Assembly (NCBI GenBank): GCA_964534375.1
Contig: CAZHPN010000015.1
Coordinates: forward strand, 1 to 53,197
Length of the DNA: 53,197 nt
Direction of reading: 5' to 3'
Source: an uncultured bacterium
GTDB lineage: Bacteria > Lernaellota > Lernaellaia > Lernaellales > Lernaellaceae
The stretch's first letter is position 1. Every line of letters begins with the position of its first letter. A program made the position numbers and the translations under genes. The notes under the pieces are model-generated. The model did no database searches. It saw only the letters and a list, made by a program, of their open reading frames with translations, and was not told the DNA's origin. Of this stretch, positions 1 through 9,241 are shown in pieces.

Positions 1-2321
1 ACCGTGAGGTTCTCGACGTACGACGGGCGCGTGTAGTTCAGCCGGAAACGGTCGTCATAGGCGACGGGGATGACGTCGAACTGCGTCTTGCCGCCTTCCG
101 GAAAACGCAACCGCAGCAGGATGCCGTTGGAGAGCGTCATGCTCATGCCCAGGAACGGCGGGCGCAGCAGCGACCCCAGCGAGTAGGCGATCACGCCGTT
201 GCGCCACGGCTCGACTTCCGCGAAGCCCAGCCCGCCTTCCCACACGACGGCGTCCGCCCCGAGGTCGATCGCCCGCCGCGCCAGCATCTGGTCTTCGCGC
301 GGGAACAAGCGGTCGTAGTTCGGCGCATGCGGAACCAGCACGATCAGGCGGCCTTTGTCGCCGAGGGCTTGTTTGGCGCGGACCACCGCGTCATCCCAGG
401 CGGGGACGAGCGCGTCGGATTTGCTTTTCCACCGCGGCGCGTCGGTGCACACATTTTGCGCGACGTACAAGATGCCGACCGGCGTGCCTTTCAACGGAAA
501 AACGATCGGGGTCGACGTCGCCCACTCGCCCTGCATGGGGACGACTTTGATGCCGGCGTCGCTCAGAATGCCGGTCGGGTGGCCGACGCCCGGCTCGGGG
601 GCCAGCGTGGCGGCGGCGTTGATGCCGGCCTGCGCCATGTACCGGGCGACGACGGCGTTGGGCGTGCGGACGATCCCGTCCCAGTTGCCGCACAGCATCT
701 TAAGGAAGCGCCCGGTCGCCGGACCGTGCGGGACGTAGCCGGTCAGCGTCAGATCGGCGGATTTGAACAGCGGCGCGAGTTTGCCGAAGGGGTTTTCCGC
801 CTCGGGCTTGAGCTGCCACGGATACCCGCCGGACCCGATAATGCCGCCGAGGATCACCGTCGGCGCCGGGTTGGGCGAGAGATCGGGCGGCGTCATCGGC
901 TCGGCCTCGTAACGATTGACGAAGAGCCGCGCGCGAATCCGCGATTCGTACTTGTTGAGGACCGTGCCGTATTTCGCCAGATACGCCGCCGGGTTGTTGT
1001 AATCGCGGCCCGGCCCCTGGACGACGATGACCGGCCCGCCGCGGACAAACGCGCGATCGAGTTCCGTCGTCATGTTGAAGCCCAAAATGTCATCGTCGTG
1101 AAAGTAGCGGCGAAACGTCCATTTCCAGAAACCGGGAAAGGCCGCCACCGCATCGCCCGGCTGACGAATCGATTGGATGTAATCGGCCGCGACCGGCCAA
1201 TCGGACTTCGGCAAAAACTGGAAGTTCAGCGCGCCGAAGCTGACGGCGAAAATCACCGCCGCCGCCGGCCCCCAGAGATAAACGCGCCGCAGCCGGCCGA
1301 GGAACAGCCCGACGAAAACGAAGATCGGCGGCAATAGATGGGCCAGATAACGCGGCGACAACGGCGCCGACGCGGTCAGATGCCACGCGACCAGTTCGCT
1401 CGGGACCAGGATCAATATGCCGGCGACGATTCCCCGCCAGGAGCCGGCGATCATGCCGAGCAGCACGACGGCCGTGATGGCGATCAGGCAGTTGTCGGGA
1501 CGCAGGAAACGAAGGCCGAGCAGCGGGCTTTCCGGATGCTGATAAACGTTGAGGAAAAACTCCAGTCCCATCGATCGCAAAAACGGAATCCATTGGTGCG
1601 AGATGCCGCCGTAAACGCCGCTGCGCGCCGCCGTGTAGTGCAGCACGTTGATGATGCGCAGGAACTGCGGAATCAGCAGCAGCGCGGCGCAGACACCGGC
1701 GATGCCCAGTTTGAGCCACGACCGGAGATCGCGCCACCGCCGCAATTGCTCGATGAGAAAGAGCAGCGCCATCGATCCGGCGAATAGGAAAAAGAACATG
1801 TGGGTGTAGATGCCGAGGACCGTCGCCAGAATGAACCCGACTAGGTGCCGGATCTTGTTCTGCTTCACCAGATATTGGTACGCGCAGTACAAACCCGCCG
1901 CCGAGGCGAAGATCAGCAGACCGTACATGCGCGCGAGGCGGCAGTTGTAGGCGACAAACGGGTTGAGCGTCATTGCCGTCGCGCCGAGCAGCCCGGCTAC
2001 GAGTCCGCCCGACATCTCCAGAATCAGGAAGACCAGCATCACCGCCAGTCCGCCGAACACCGCCGAGGGCAAACGCAAGAACGCGAACGACGAATAATTC
2101 AGTTGCGACCAGATGTTCAGAAAATAATAGTAGACCGGCGATTGGTCCTGCGGCAGGTTGTCGGTTCCCCAGGCCCACATCTCATGAGCGATGCCCAAAT
2201 CCTGCGATTCGAGCAGATCGGCTTCGAGATATGACAATCCGGAAACGAAATACGCCGTCGCCCCGACAAACACCAAGAGCGCAATGATCCGCCGCAGGCG
2301 CCGCCGTCGCCGTTCCATCAT
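1..2321 (-). CDS. GT-C (PMT/ArnT-like) membrane glycosyltransferase fused to a C-terminal CapA/PGA_cap-like domain; runs off the window edge
   Basis: Not in the ORF track because there is no stop in the window. Manual translation from ATG 2321: MMERRRRRLRRIIALLVFVG...QDQSPVYYYFLNIW...FLRLPSAVFG...NPFVAYNCRLARMYGL...LGIYTH, many TM helices, then ...LARRAIDLGADAVVWEGG...VEPWRNGVIAYSLGSLL (CapA-like). Confidence 0.8.
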   Translation of the reverse strand, partial: MMERRRRRLRRIIALLVFVGATAYFVSGLSYLEADLLESQDLGIAHEMWAWGTDNLPQDQSPVYYYFLNIWSQLNYSSFAFLRLPSAVFGGLAVMLVFLILEMSGGLVAGLLGATAMTLNPFVAYNCRLARMYGLLIFASAAGLYCAYQYLVKQNKIRHLVGFILATVLGIYTHMFFFLFAGSMALLFLIEQLRRWRDLRSWLKLGIAGVCAALLLIPQFLRIINVLHYTAARSGVYGGISHQWIPFLRSMGLEFFLNVYQHPESPLLGLRFLRPDNCLIAITAVVLLGMIAGSWRGIVAGILILVPSELVAWHLTASAPLSPRYLAHLLPPIFVFVGLFLGRLRRVYLWGPAAAVIFAVSFGALNFQFLPKSDWPVAADYIQSIRQPGDAVAAFPGFWKWTFRRYFHDDDILGFNMTTELDRAFVRGGPVIVVQGPGRDYNNPAAYLAKYGTVLNKYESRIRARLFVNRYEAEPMTPPDLSPNPAPTVILGGIIGSGGYPWQLKPEAENPFGKLAPLFKSADLTLTGYVPHGPATGRFLKMLCGNWDGIVRTPNAVVARYMAQAGINAAATLAPEPGVGHPTGILSDAGIKVVPMQGEWATSTPIVFPLKGTPVGILYVAQNVCTDAPRWKSKSDALVPAWDDAVVRAKQALGDKGRLIVLVPHAPNYDRLFPREDQMLARRAIDLGADAVVWEGGLGFAEVEPWRNGVIAYSLGSLLRPPFLGMSMTLSNGILLRLRFPEGGKTQFDVIPVAYDDRFRLNYTRPSYVENLT

Positions 2322-2530
2322 TTCGTTCGAAACGATCTCCGCCAATCCGCTCTCCCCGATGTTCGCAACCTCGCGAAAGTATTCGACAATCAGTCCGACT
2401 GACTATTCGATAAACCTTCGCCTCCTTGCGCCCACGGCCGACAAGTGGCCGAACATTAGCAAAATCGCGGCAAATGTAAAGATCGCTGTTGGACCAAATC
2501 CCAAACCCCAACCGCGTTTGCCCTCGCCGT

Positions 2531-2560
2531 TTGACGCCCGGCCGCCGCCTCTGCTAGTTT
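2531..2560 (+). promoter_or_regulatory. sigma70-like promoter with extended -10, probably leaderless
   Basis: TTGACG (2531-2536), 18-nt spacer, TGc-TAGTTT (2555-2560); ATG is 6 nt downstream and there is no SD. Confidence 0.5.
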
Positions 2561-2566
2561 CGCGCG

Positions 2567-3868
2567 ATGCCGCCGCTGCCCCAACGATATCCCTCCGTGT
2601 GCACCGACCTCGCGGCAGCGATGTTGCGCGGCATCGGCGAGATGATGATTCAAATGGAACTGGAGTTCGACGAGCCGCTCGACGTTGGCCGCCTGACCAA
2701 AGCCCTCGCGTTGGCGATGGACGCCGAACCCGTGCTCGGTTGTCGTTTGGTCGAGCATCCGCGGCGGCCGTATTGGGAACGCCTGCCGGATCCGGCGAAA
2801 GACGTTCTCGTCATTGCGCCCGATGACGCGGCGTATGACGCTTTCGTACACCGCACGGCGATCGCCGCCGAGGGGCCCCAACTCGAAGCCTGCCTGCAAC
2901 GCACGGCGACGGGCGACCGGTTATGCCTCAAGCTGTCGCACGAAGCGGGCGACGCGGCCGGCGTCAAAGACACGGCGGCGCTCGTCGCCGGCTTTTACCG
3001 CCGATTGCGGCGGGAACCGGATTGGCGGCCGGAGCCGAATCTGCTCGGCTCGCGCGGGATCTGGCAGTTGGTGCGGCGCATTCCGCTGCGCGGCGTGCTG
3101 CGCATTCAATGGAACAACCTCGTCGGCACGGCCGGGGCGATGATTCCGCTGTTCACCCACAAACTGCCGTGGCAACCGGAGCCGCGCGGCCCGATGCGGG
3201 TGCTGCGGCGCCATCTGCCGGCCGCGCGGGTTGCGCGCCTGGCGGAATACGGCCGCGCGCGCGGGGCGACCATCAACGACTTGTGCATCGCGGCGTATTA
3301 CCGTGCCCACGCAGAAGTCGGCGGCTGGAACGGGCGCGACGTGTTGCGCCTCGGGCACACCGTGGATCTGCGGCGCTATCTGCCGCGCAAGACGACCGAA
3401 GCAGTCTGTAATTTGAGCGGCGTCGAGCATCACCGGCTCGGCCGCGAGCTGGGCGCCGATTACGCGGCGACGCTGGCGAAGGTTTCGGCGGCCATGCAAC
3501 GCCGCAAGGCCAGTTGGTTCGGCCTCAACGATTACGTCGGGCTTTTTCCCGTTTTCGGCATCCTTTTCTACAAACCCACGGTCGCCTTTTTCCGGCGCGT
3601 CTTCGCCTGGCTGGCCGCGCGGCACAACATGGAAAACTCGTGGACGAACATGGGGCCGATCGACCCCGAATCCGTGATCTTCGAAGACCGACCCCGCGCC
3701 GCCTGGTTGCTCGTGCCGCCCATGCATCCGCCGAATTTCCTCGTCGGCCTCAGCGGTTTCGCCGGCTCGCTCACCATTACCGCCGGGAGCTACCCCGAGT
3801 CCGGAAGGCCGGGTCTGGCCGGTGATTTTTTGGATGCGCTGGTGGCGGAGTTGCCGAATTCGGAGTGA
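2567..3868 (+). CDS. Stand-alone condensation-domain / CoA-dependent acyltransferase (PapA5-like)
   Basis: HHxxxDG-like motif SHEAGDAAG; GATINDL and VDLRRYL motifs; 433 aa. Confidence 0.75.
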   Translation: MPPLPQRYPSVCTDLAAAMLRGIGEMMIQMELEFDEPLDVGRLTKALALAMDAEPVLGCRLVEHPRRPYWERLPDPAKDVLVIAPDDAAYDAFVHRTAIAAEGPQLEACLQRTATGDRLCLKLSHEAGDAAGVKDTAALVAGFYRRLRREPDWRPEPNLLGSRGIWQLVRRIPLRGVLRIQWNNLVGTAGAMIPLFTHKLPWQPEPRGPMRVLRRHLPAARVARLAEYGRARGATINDLCIAAYYRAHAEVGGWNGRDVLRLGHTVDLRRYLPRKTTEAVCNLSGVEHHRLGRELGADYAATLAKVSAAMQRRKASWFGLNDYVGLFPVFGILFYKPTVAFFRRVFAWLAARHNMENSWTNMGPIDPESVIFEDRPRAAWLLVPPMHPPNFLVGLSGFAGSLTITAGSYPESGRPGLAGDFLDALVAELPNSE

Positions 3869-3922
3869 TCAAACAGCTTCGGTTGTATATTATTGGTAAT
3901 CATTAGCGGTCATTGGACATCG

Positions 3923-5821
3923 TCACGACTGTGAATGGTCATCCGCTGGCCAGCTGACGACGCGTTTCTGACGATGCAGATAGACCATCAACACCTGCAT
4001 CGCGGCGGGCGTGATGCCGGGGATACGGCCGGCCTGGCCGAGCGTGCGCGGACGGACGGAGGCGAGCTTACCCGCGGCCTCGGCGGATAGGCCGGGCAGG
4101 TCAGCGTAGGGCATCTGGTCGCTCAGCTCGATGGATTCCGCTTCAGCCAACCGCCGGGCGGCAATCTCCTGTCGGCCGAGATAGCCGTGGTAGCGGATCT
4201 CAATCTCTACCTCTTCGATGACCTCTTCGGGGAGCGGCGAGCGGTTCTGGTCGAGCGGCGCGAGGTCCGCGTACGACAACTCGGCGCGGCGCAGCAGTTC
4301 GGCCAGCGACAATTTGTTGTGGATCGGCGGCGAGCCGCAAGATTGCAGAAAGTCGAGCACGCCCGGCGCGGGCGTCGCGAAGACGTTCGCCAGCCGTTCT
4401 AGTTCGCGCTCGATCGCCAGGCGTTTTTCCTCGACGCGCCGCGCGCGGTCGTCGTCGACCAGGCCCAGCGACGCGGCGAGCGGGGTCAGCCGCAGGTCGG
4501 CGTTGTCCTCGCGCAGCAGCAGGCGGTATTCGGCGCGGCTGGTGAACATGCGATACGGCTCTTCCGCGCCTTTCGTGGTCAAATCGTCGATGAGAACGCC
4601 GATCATCGCCTGGTCGCGAAGCAAGACGAGAGGCGGACGACACAACATCTTGTTGGCTGCGTTGGCGCCAGCCACTATCCCTTGTGCCGCGGCTTCTTCG
4701 TAGCCGCTTGTGCCGTTGATTTGCCCGGCGAAGAAAATGTTGTCGAGCGCTTTCACTTCCAGGCTCGGCCGCAGGTGAATCGGATTCAGATAATCGTATT
4801 CGATCGCATACCCGGGGCGGACGATCTCGGCTTTCTCGAGCCCGGGCAGGGTGTGGATCATCGCCTCCTGCACGTCGAACGGCAGGCTCGTAGAATTTCC
4901 GTTCGGATAAACCTCGGTCGTCGACCGCCCTTCCGGTTCGAGAAAGATTTGGTGCGCTGTCCGCTCGGCGAAGCGCACCACCTTGTCCTCGATGCTCGGG
5001 CAGTAGCGCGCACCGACGCCCTTGATCTTGCCAGTGTACAGCGGACTGCGATCGAGCGCCGCGCGAATGACGGCGTGCGTCTTCTCGTTGGTGCAGGTGA
5101 TGTGGCACGGAATCTGGTCGACGGGGTGCGGCGGAGTTTCGAAGGAGAAAAAAGACGGCGGGTCGTCGCCGAGCTGCACTTCCAAGCCGGAATAATCGAT
5201 CGTCTTGCCGTCGATCCGCGCCGGCGTACCTGTTTTCAATCGGCCGAGCGGGAGTCCGAGCTCAATCAACTGGTCGGACAACGCGTTGCTGGGCGGTTCG
5301 CCGAGGCGGCCGCCGGCGAAATGGGACAACCCGATGTGCAGCAAGCCGCGCAAAAACGTGCCGGTGGTCAGAATGGTCGCCTTTGCCAGGTATTTACGGC
5401 CGGAGACGCCTACCGCACCGACGACGGTTCGCCCTTCAAGGAACAAGCGGTTGATCGAATCCTGTCGCAAATGAATGCCGGGGTCGCGTTCGACCAGGTC
5501 GCGCATCCATTGACTGTAAGCCGCCATGTCGGATTGGCAGCGGCGCGAGCGCACGGCTGCGCCCTTTTTTGAGCCGAGGCGGCGATATTGGATGCCGGTC
5601 GCGTCCGCGGCCCGCCCCATGACCCCGCCCAGTGCGTCGATCTCGCGCACCAGGTGTCCTTTGGCCATCCCACCGATGCACGGATTGCACGACATGCGCG
5701 CGATCGATTCGAGGCTGAGCGTGACGAGCCCCACCCGCACGCCCATTCTGGACGCGGCGCACGCCGCTTCCACGCCGGCATGACCGGCCCCGATCACCAA
5801 TACGTCGAATTTCTCGACCAT
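3923..5821 (-). CDS. mnmG: tRNA uridine-5-carboxymethylaminomethyl modification enzyme MnmG (GidA)
   Basis: GAGHAGVEAA, MSCNPCIGG, RLKTGTPAR, RYCPSIEDK, GQINGTSGYEEAAAQG, EPYRMFTSRAEYRL. Confidence 0.98.
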   Translation of the reverse strand: MVEKFDVLVIGAGHAGVEAACAASRMGVRVGLVTLSLESIARMSCNPCIGGMAKGHLVREIDALGGVMGRAADATGIQYRRLGSKKGAAVRSRRCQSDMAAYSQWMRDLVERDPGIHLRQDSINRLFLEGRTVVGAVGVSGRKYLAKATILTTGTFLRGLLHIGLSHFAGGRLGEPPSNALSDQLIELGLPLGRLKTGTPARIDGKTIDYSGLEVQLGDDPPSFFSFETPPHPVDQIPCHITCTNEKTHAVIRAALDRSPLYTGKIKGVGARYCPSIEDKVVRFAERTAHQIFLEPEGRSTTEVYPNGNSTSLPFDVQEAMIHTLPGLEKAEIVRPGYAIEYDYLNPIHLRPSLEVKALDNIFFAGQINGTSGYEEAAAQGIVAGANAANKMLCRPPLVLLRDQAMIGVLIDDLTTKGAEEPYRMFTSRAEYRLLLREDNADLRLTPLAASLGLVDDDRARRVEEKRLAIERELERLANVFATPAPGVLDFLQSCGSPPIHNKLSLAELLRRAELSYADLAPLDQNRSPLPEEVIEEVEIEIRYHGYLGRQEIAARRLAEAESIELSDQMPYADLPGLSAEAAGKLASVRPRTLGQAGRIPGITPAAMQVLMVYLHRQKRVVSWPADDHSQS

Positions 5822-5841
5822 CCGGATCCTTCTTCGCTTAA

Positions 5842-6051
5842 TGTTTCACGTGAAACAATTTGCTCCCGACCGGCGGAAATGTTTCACGTGAAACAGTTTG
5901 CCCCCGACCGGCGAAAATGTTTCACGTGAAACAATTTGCTCTCGACCGGTGAAACAATTTGCCCCCGATCGACGAAAATGTTTCACGTGAAACAATTCCT
6001 TCCCCACCACAAACGACCGGCCGGATGACCGAAATTGTTTCACGTGAAACA
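5842..6051. promoter_or_regulatory. parS: Cluster of five perfect parS sites plus one half-site
   Basis: TGTTTCACGTGAAACA at 5842, 5880, 5918, 5979 and 6036; half-site GTGAAACA at 5949; the sites sit in a ~38-bp tandem unit. Confidence 0.95.
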
Positions 6052-6060
6052 ATTTGCGGC

Positions 6061-7179
6061 TCAGATCACCGAAAAGAAGCCTCCGTCGCCAGAATCAGGC
6101 CGAAGATCCTCGAAAAACGCCAGTTTCGACGCCCAACTTGACCGGCAGAGAACGACCGCGCCGCCGGCGATCGTCATCTCCAGCGCTGCCGGGCCGAGCT
6201 CGAAGATCGCCTCCGCCAGGTTATTGGCGCGCCAGACCGCCAGATCGGCCCACGCGCTTTTTCTAATGACGCCGACCGGGAGGCGGAACGCCTCGCCGGC
6301 GTCGCTCGTCACGGCCCGCAGCAGTCGCGCTCGATCAATATGGCCCAGACGATCGGCTCGGCGCAAGGCGGCCAGCAGGCCCTTGCCGCCATCGCGCCGC
6401 GATCCGGCCCCGAGCAGCACGCGCAAATTTTCGGCGCGCAGCACGTCGGAGCCGACCGTGCGGCCCAAGACGAATTCGTCGGTGACCGGTCGCCAGACGA
6501 GCGAAGCGCCGACGAACGCCAGCGCCGCCGCATCCGCCGGGCGCAGACCGACGCCGCCGATGGCCAGCAGGTTGTCGCGCAGCATCCCGTATTCGGTGAA
6601 CCGTTCGGTCTCGCGCGCGCAATCGCGGCTGTCGCCATCGGCGAGCGGCGCAAAGACCGGCCGATTCTCCGCTTTGGCGAATTTGTGCGACGGGTGCTTC
6701 TCAGCGACCAACGACGAAAACCAAACCGCTTGGGGAATGCGGATCGGAAAGGTCGGGCCGACCGGCCGGCGGGGGCTCGCCACGCAGGTGACCCCTTCCT
6801 TTAAGGATGCAAGCGCCGCAGCGCGGAAACTTTCATCCTCGTCCGCTCGCTTTGCCTCCGGCGGTTGGTTCATCGACTCTTTCTCGATTTCTGCCTCGCG
6901 CCGGTCGCGATCGAGATAGGGTCCGGGGAAGATCGGCGGCAGGAAATCCTGGTCAAGTGCATGGTCAGCGTCGCACAAGCCCGGCGCAATCAGGAGGCCA
7001 TCCAGGTCGATCTCAAACTCGTCGCTGGCCGACGTGCTCTCCGGGCCGCTCGCGATTCGGCCATTGCGCAAATGCAGATCGCCCTCGCGCACGCCGTCGG
7101 TCGACAAAATTCGCGCGTGACGCAGGACGAGCGGCCTGGCCGCCATCAGCGTTGTCTTGTTTTTTCGAAATAGGCTCAT
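6061..7179 (-). CDS. Amidohydrolase-superfamily protein with degenerate metal ligands
   Basis: IDLDGLLIAPGLCD, GVTCV and C-terminal GVIRKSAWADLAVW match the amidohydrolase scaffold, but the His/Asp ligands are replaced. Confidence 0.75.
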   Translation of the reverse strand: MSLFRKNKTTLMAARPLVLRHARILSTDGVREGDLHLRNGRIASGPESTSASDEFEIDLDGLLIAPGLCDADHALDQDFLPPIFPGPYLDRDRREAEIEKESMNQPPEAKRADEDESFRAAALASLKEGVTCVASPRRPVGPTFPIRIPQAVWFSSLVAEKHPSHKFAKAENRPVFAPLADGDSRDCARETERFTEYGMLRDNLLAIGGVGLRPADAAALAFVGASLVWRPVTDEFVLGRTVGSDVLRAENLRVLLGAGSRRDGGKGLLAALRRADRLGHIDRARLLRAVTSDAGEAFRLPVGVIRKSAWADLAVWRANNLAEAIFELGPAALEMTIAGGAVVLCRSSWASKLAFFEDLRPDSGDGGFFSVI

Positions 7180-7407
7180 CCCACATCCGTCAACCGCGCC
7201 ACCGCCACCGATTGCGCGTTAGTATTTCACATTTGCCTGAAAAACAGAATCCCTATGAAAACAACGCACACGAGCCGGACATCAAAGGATATTATTCTAT
7301 ACAATAACATCACAACGATACCGGTTCGACCATGAAATTACGGTTAAGTCCGTACGTCTCGAACTCGCTGTGCGGGCCCTCGGGTTCCGACAGCCGCCCC
7401 GCGCCAG

Positions 7408-7436
7408 TTGACCCAGCGCCCGCCCCGTTGCATATT
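7408..7436 (+). promoter_or_regulatory. sigma70-like promoter
   Basis: TTGACC-N17-CATATT upstream of a GGAGG SD and ATG 7467. Confidence 0.45.
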
Positions 7437-7466
7437 CGACCTGAGAGCCAGGAGGAATTGCGCGCC

Positions 7467-7823
7467 ATGCCCGTTTACGAATACCGCTGCGATGATTGCG
7501 GCAAAGTCAGCAGTTTCACCGAAAAGATGTTCGAACGCCCGCGGCTGTTCGGCGGCAAGAAGCGCTGCCAGCACTGCCGCAGCAAAAAACTCACGAAAAT
7601 TCTCAGCGGTTTCGGCATGAGCGTGCAACGCACGCACAACGAGATGCTCAACGAACTGAAATCGATGGGCAACGTGAATTTCGTGCGGCAGCAGGCGACG
7701 CCCCAGCCGTCCGGCCCGCCGCCCGGCGGCTGCCCGTACGAGAAACAGTTCAAGGAAGAAGAAGCCAAGAAGGCGGCGGAAGAACACGAACGCAAGAGGC
7801 GCGAGCCGATCGTGGTGGCGTGA
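7467..7823 (+). CDS. FmdB-family zinc-ribbon protein
   Basis: MPVYEYRCDDCG...CQHCRS; SD GGAGG upstream. Confidence 0.85.
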   Translation: MPVYEYRCDDCGKVSSFTEKMFERPRLFGGKKRCQHCRSKKLTKILSGFGMSVQRTHNEMLNELKSMGNVNFVRQQATPQPSGPPPGGCPYEKQFKEEEAKKAAEEHERKRREPIVVA

Positions 7824-7825
7824 AG

Positions 7826-7880
7826 CAGTGGCCAGTGTTCAGTGGCCAGTGTTCAGCCGGCCACTGACCACTGGCCGCTG
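7826..7880. repeat. Inverted heptamer array (CAGTGGC/CAGTGTT ... CCACTGA/CCACTGG)
   Basis: Tandem 7-mers followed by their reverse complements, between convergent genes. Confidence 0.8.
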
Positions 7881-7881
7881 C

Positions 7882-8277
7882 TCAGAATGGCAGCACAAAC
7901 CCCATCGCCTGCGTTTCCGCGTCGATCGAGCAGACCTTGGTCATTTCGAGATTGGCGCGCGACACGTCTTGCGCGACCGTCTCCCGCGTCACGGTCAGTT
8001 GGTTCTTGCGGATGAATTCTTTCTTCGGAAAGAAGAACCAAAGCTGGCCGGTGTGGTCGACGTACGGCTTGTAGGCGTTCGCCAACGCCGTCGGGTCGTC
8101 TTCTTCGCGCAACCAGATCAGGATCATCGGCACCGTGGCGCCCGCGGGCGGCTCGGTGAGAAACGTCAACATGCCGCTGTGTTCGGCAATAATGCGCTCG
8201 ACGATTTTCATGTCGGCGTTCACCGCGAGCAGCCGGTCGTTCGGCCAGATTCCCAGTTTCGTGGATATTGATTTCAC
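7882..8277 (-). CDS. DUF3052-like hypothetical protein
   Basis: STKLGI...LWFFFPKK...KVCSID pattern; AAGGAGG SD 8 nt before GTG 8277. Confidence 0.65.
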   Translation of the reverse strand: MKSISTKLGIWPNDRLLAVNADMKIVERIIAEHSGMLTFLTEPPAGATVPMILIWLREEDDPTALANAYKPYVDHTGQLWFFFPKKEFIRKNQLTVTRETVAQDVSRANLEMTKVCSIDAETQAMGFVLPF

Positions 8278-8453
8278 CCTCACCGCCTCCTTATTTATTT
8301 TTCTTCCCTGCGCCACCCATCCCAGTGTGAAGCAAGAGGGGCGCTCATTCGCCATCGTGTGTCAACTTGCCGGCGCGGTCAAGTTGCCTGTTTCGTTCGT
8401 TTCCCGGCCGGGGGCCGTCGCCGCCGGCCGGGCGTATTCGCCGGTCGGCGCCC

Positions 8454-9239
8454 TCAACGCGTCAGCAATTCCTCGACGCGCTGCATGTGCAGACCGATTT
8501 CCTTTTGGTACTCCATCGCCCCTTCCAGGACCAGATACCTTTTGGCGACCGCATCGACCATCGGGACCTTGGAGGTCAGCACCTGGTACGCGCCTTCCAT
8601 GTCGGGGAACTTGAACAGCACGAACGGCCGGCGCCGCGTGTACACGCCGCGGCCGGATTTGCTCTTGCCGGCCTTCATGCGCAGGTAGGCCGCGGGGCCG
8701 TTTTCGACCTGGTATTGATAAATGCGGTCCGGGCTCAGCTTGACCATCTCCGACATTTCGGGGTCGCCGGCCTTGTTGAGCTGCGACAGCGCCGTGGTGA
8801 CCATGTACAGCAGCAGCTTGACCTTGAGCGCGCGCTTTTCCGGCTCTTTCGGATCGGCGTCGGGCATCAGGATTTTCAGCGAGAGCAGCAGCGGCAGAAT
8901 CCGCGGCACGATGTCCAACCGATAGAGCCCGGTGGAATCGAGCAGCAGGTACGCCAATTGCGGCGGCATGCGGCCGGCGAAAAAGTCGTTGAACAACTTC
9001 AGCTCGCGGAACACGAAGCGGATCGTCGGCTTCTCGTGCCGGCCCTGCTTCACGTCGAGCGCGTCGTTCGCGAAAATCAGGTGCGCCGCGAAGTCGGCGT
9101 CTTTGACTTCGAATTGCACGACGGCCGTGAGGTTTTTGGTCAACTTGCGAATCCACGTGACCTCTTCGCGCACGACCTTGGTCAGCGGCAACGCGGCGCG
9201 AAGGAACAAGCGCGCTTGCATTTCGTCCAGGTTCGCCAT
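8454..9239 (-). CDS. Tandem SCP2 (sterol carrier protein 2)-like domain protein
   Basis: Two repeats of the vQF/YqV...hl.f.....v..G....P.i.f.F pattern, ending MVDAVAKRYLVLEG; coupled to the transketolase genes. Confidence 0.6.
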   Translation of the reverse strand: MANLDEMQARLFLRAALPLTKVVREEVTWIRKLTKNLTAVVQFEVKDADFAAHLIFANDALDVKQGRHEKPTIRFVFRELKLFNDFFAGRMPPQLAYLLLDSTGLYRLDIVPRILPLLLSLKILMPDADPKEPEKRALKVKLLLYMVTTALSQLNKAGDPEMSEMVKLSPDRIYQYQVENGPAAYLRMKAGKSKSGRGVYTRRRPFVLFKFPDMEGAYQVLTSKVPMVDAVAKRYLVLEGAMEYQKEIGLHMQRVEELLTR

Positions 9240-9241
9240 GA

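Noticed and set aside
3874..3900. dif-like sequence (TGTATATTATTGGTAAT)
   Set aside because: Only the central hexamer and part of the XerD arm match; the XerC arm is absent and the region appears origin-proximal.
5842..6051. CRISPR array interpretation of the regularly spaced palindromes
   Set aside because: The repeat is the exact 16-bp parS consensus, the spacers are homologous to each other rather than unique, and there are no cas genes.
5846..6141. Small ORFs with repeated MFHVKQ / VSRET peptides
   Set aside because: Translation artefacts of the parS palindromes.
7200..7345. AT-rich intergenic stretch as oriC
   Set aside because: No cluster of TTATCCACA-type DnaA boxes seen and no dnaA nearby; more simply a divergent promoter region.
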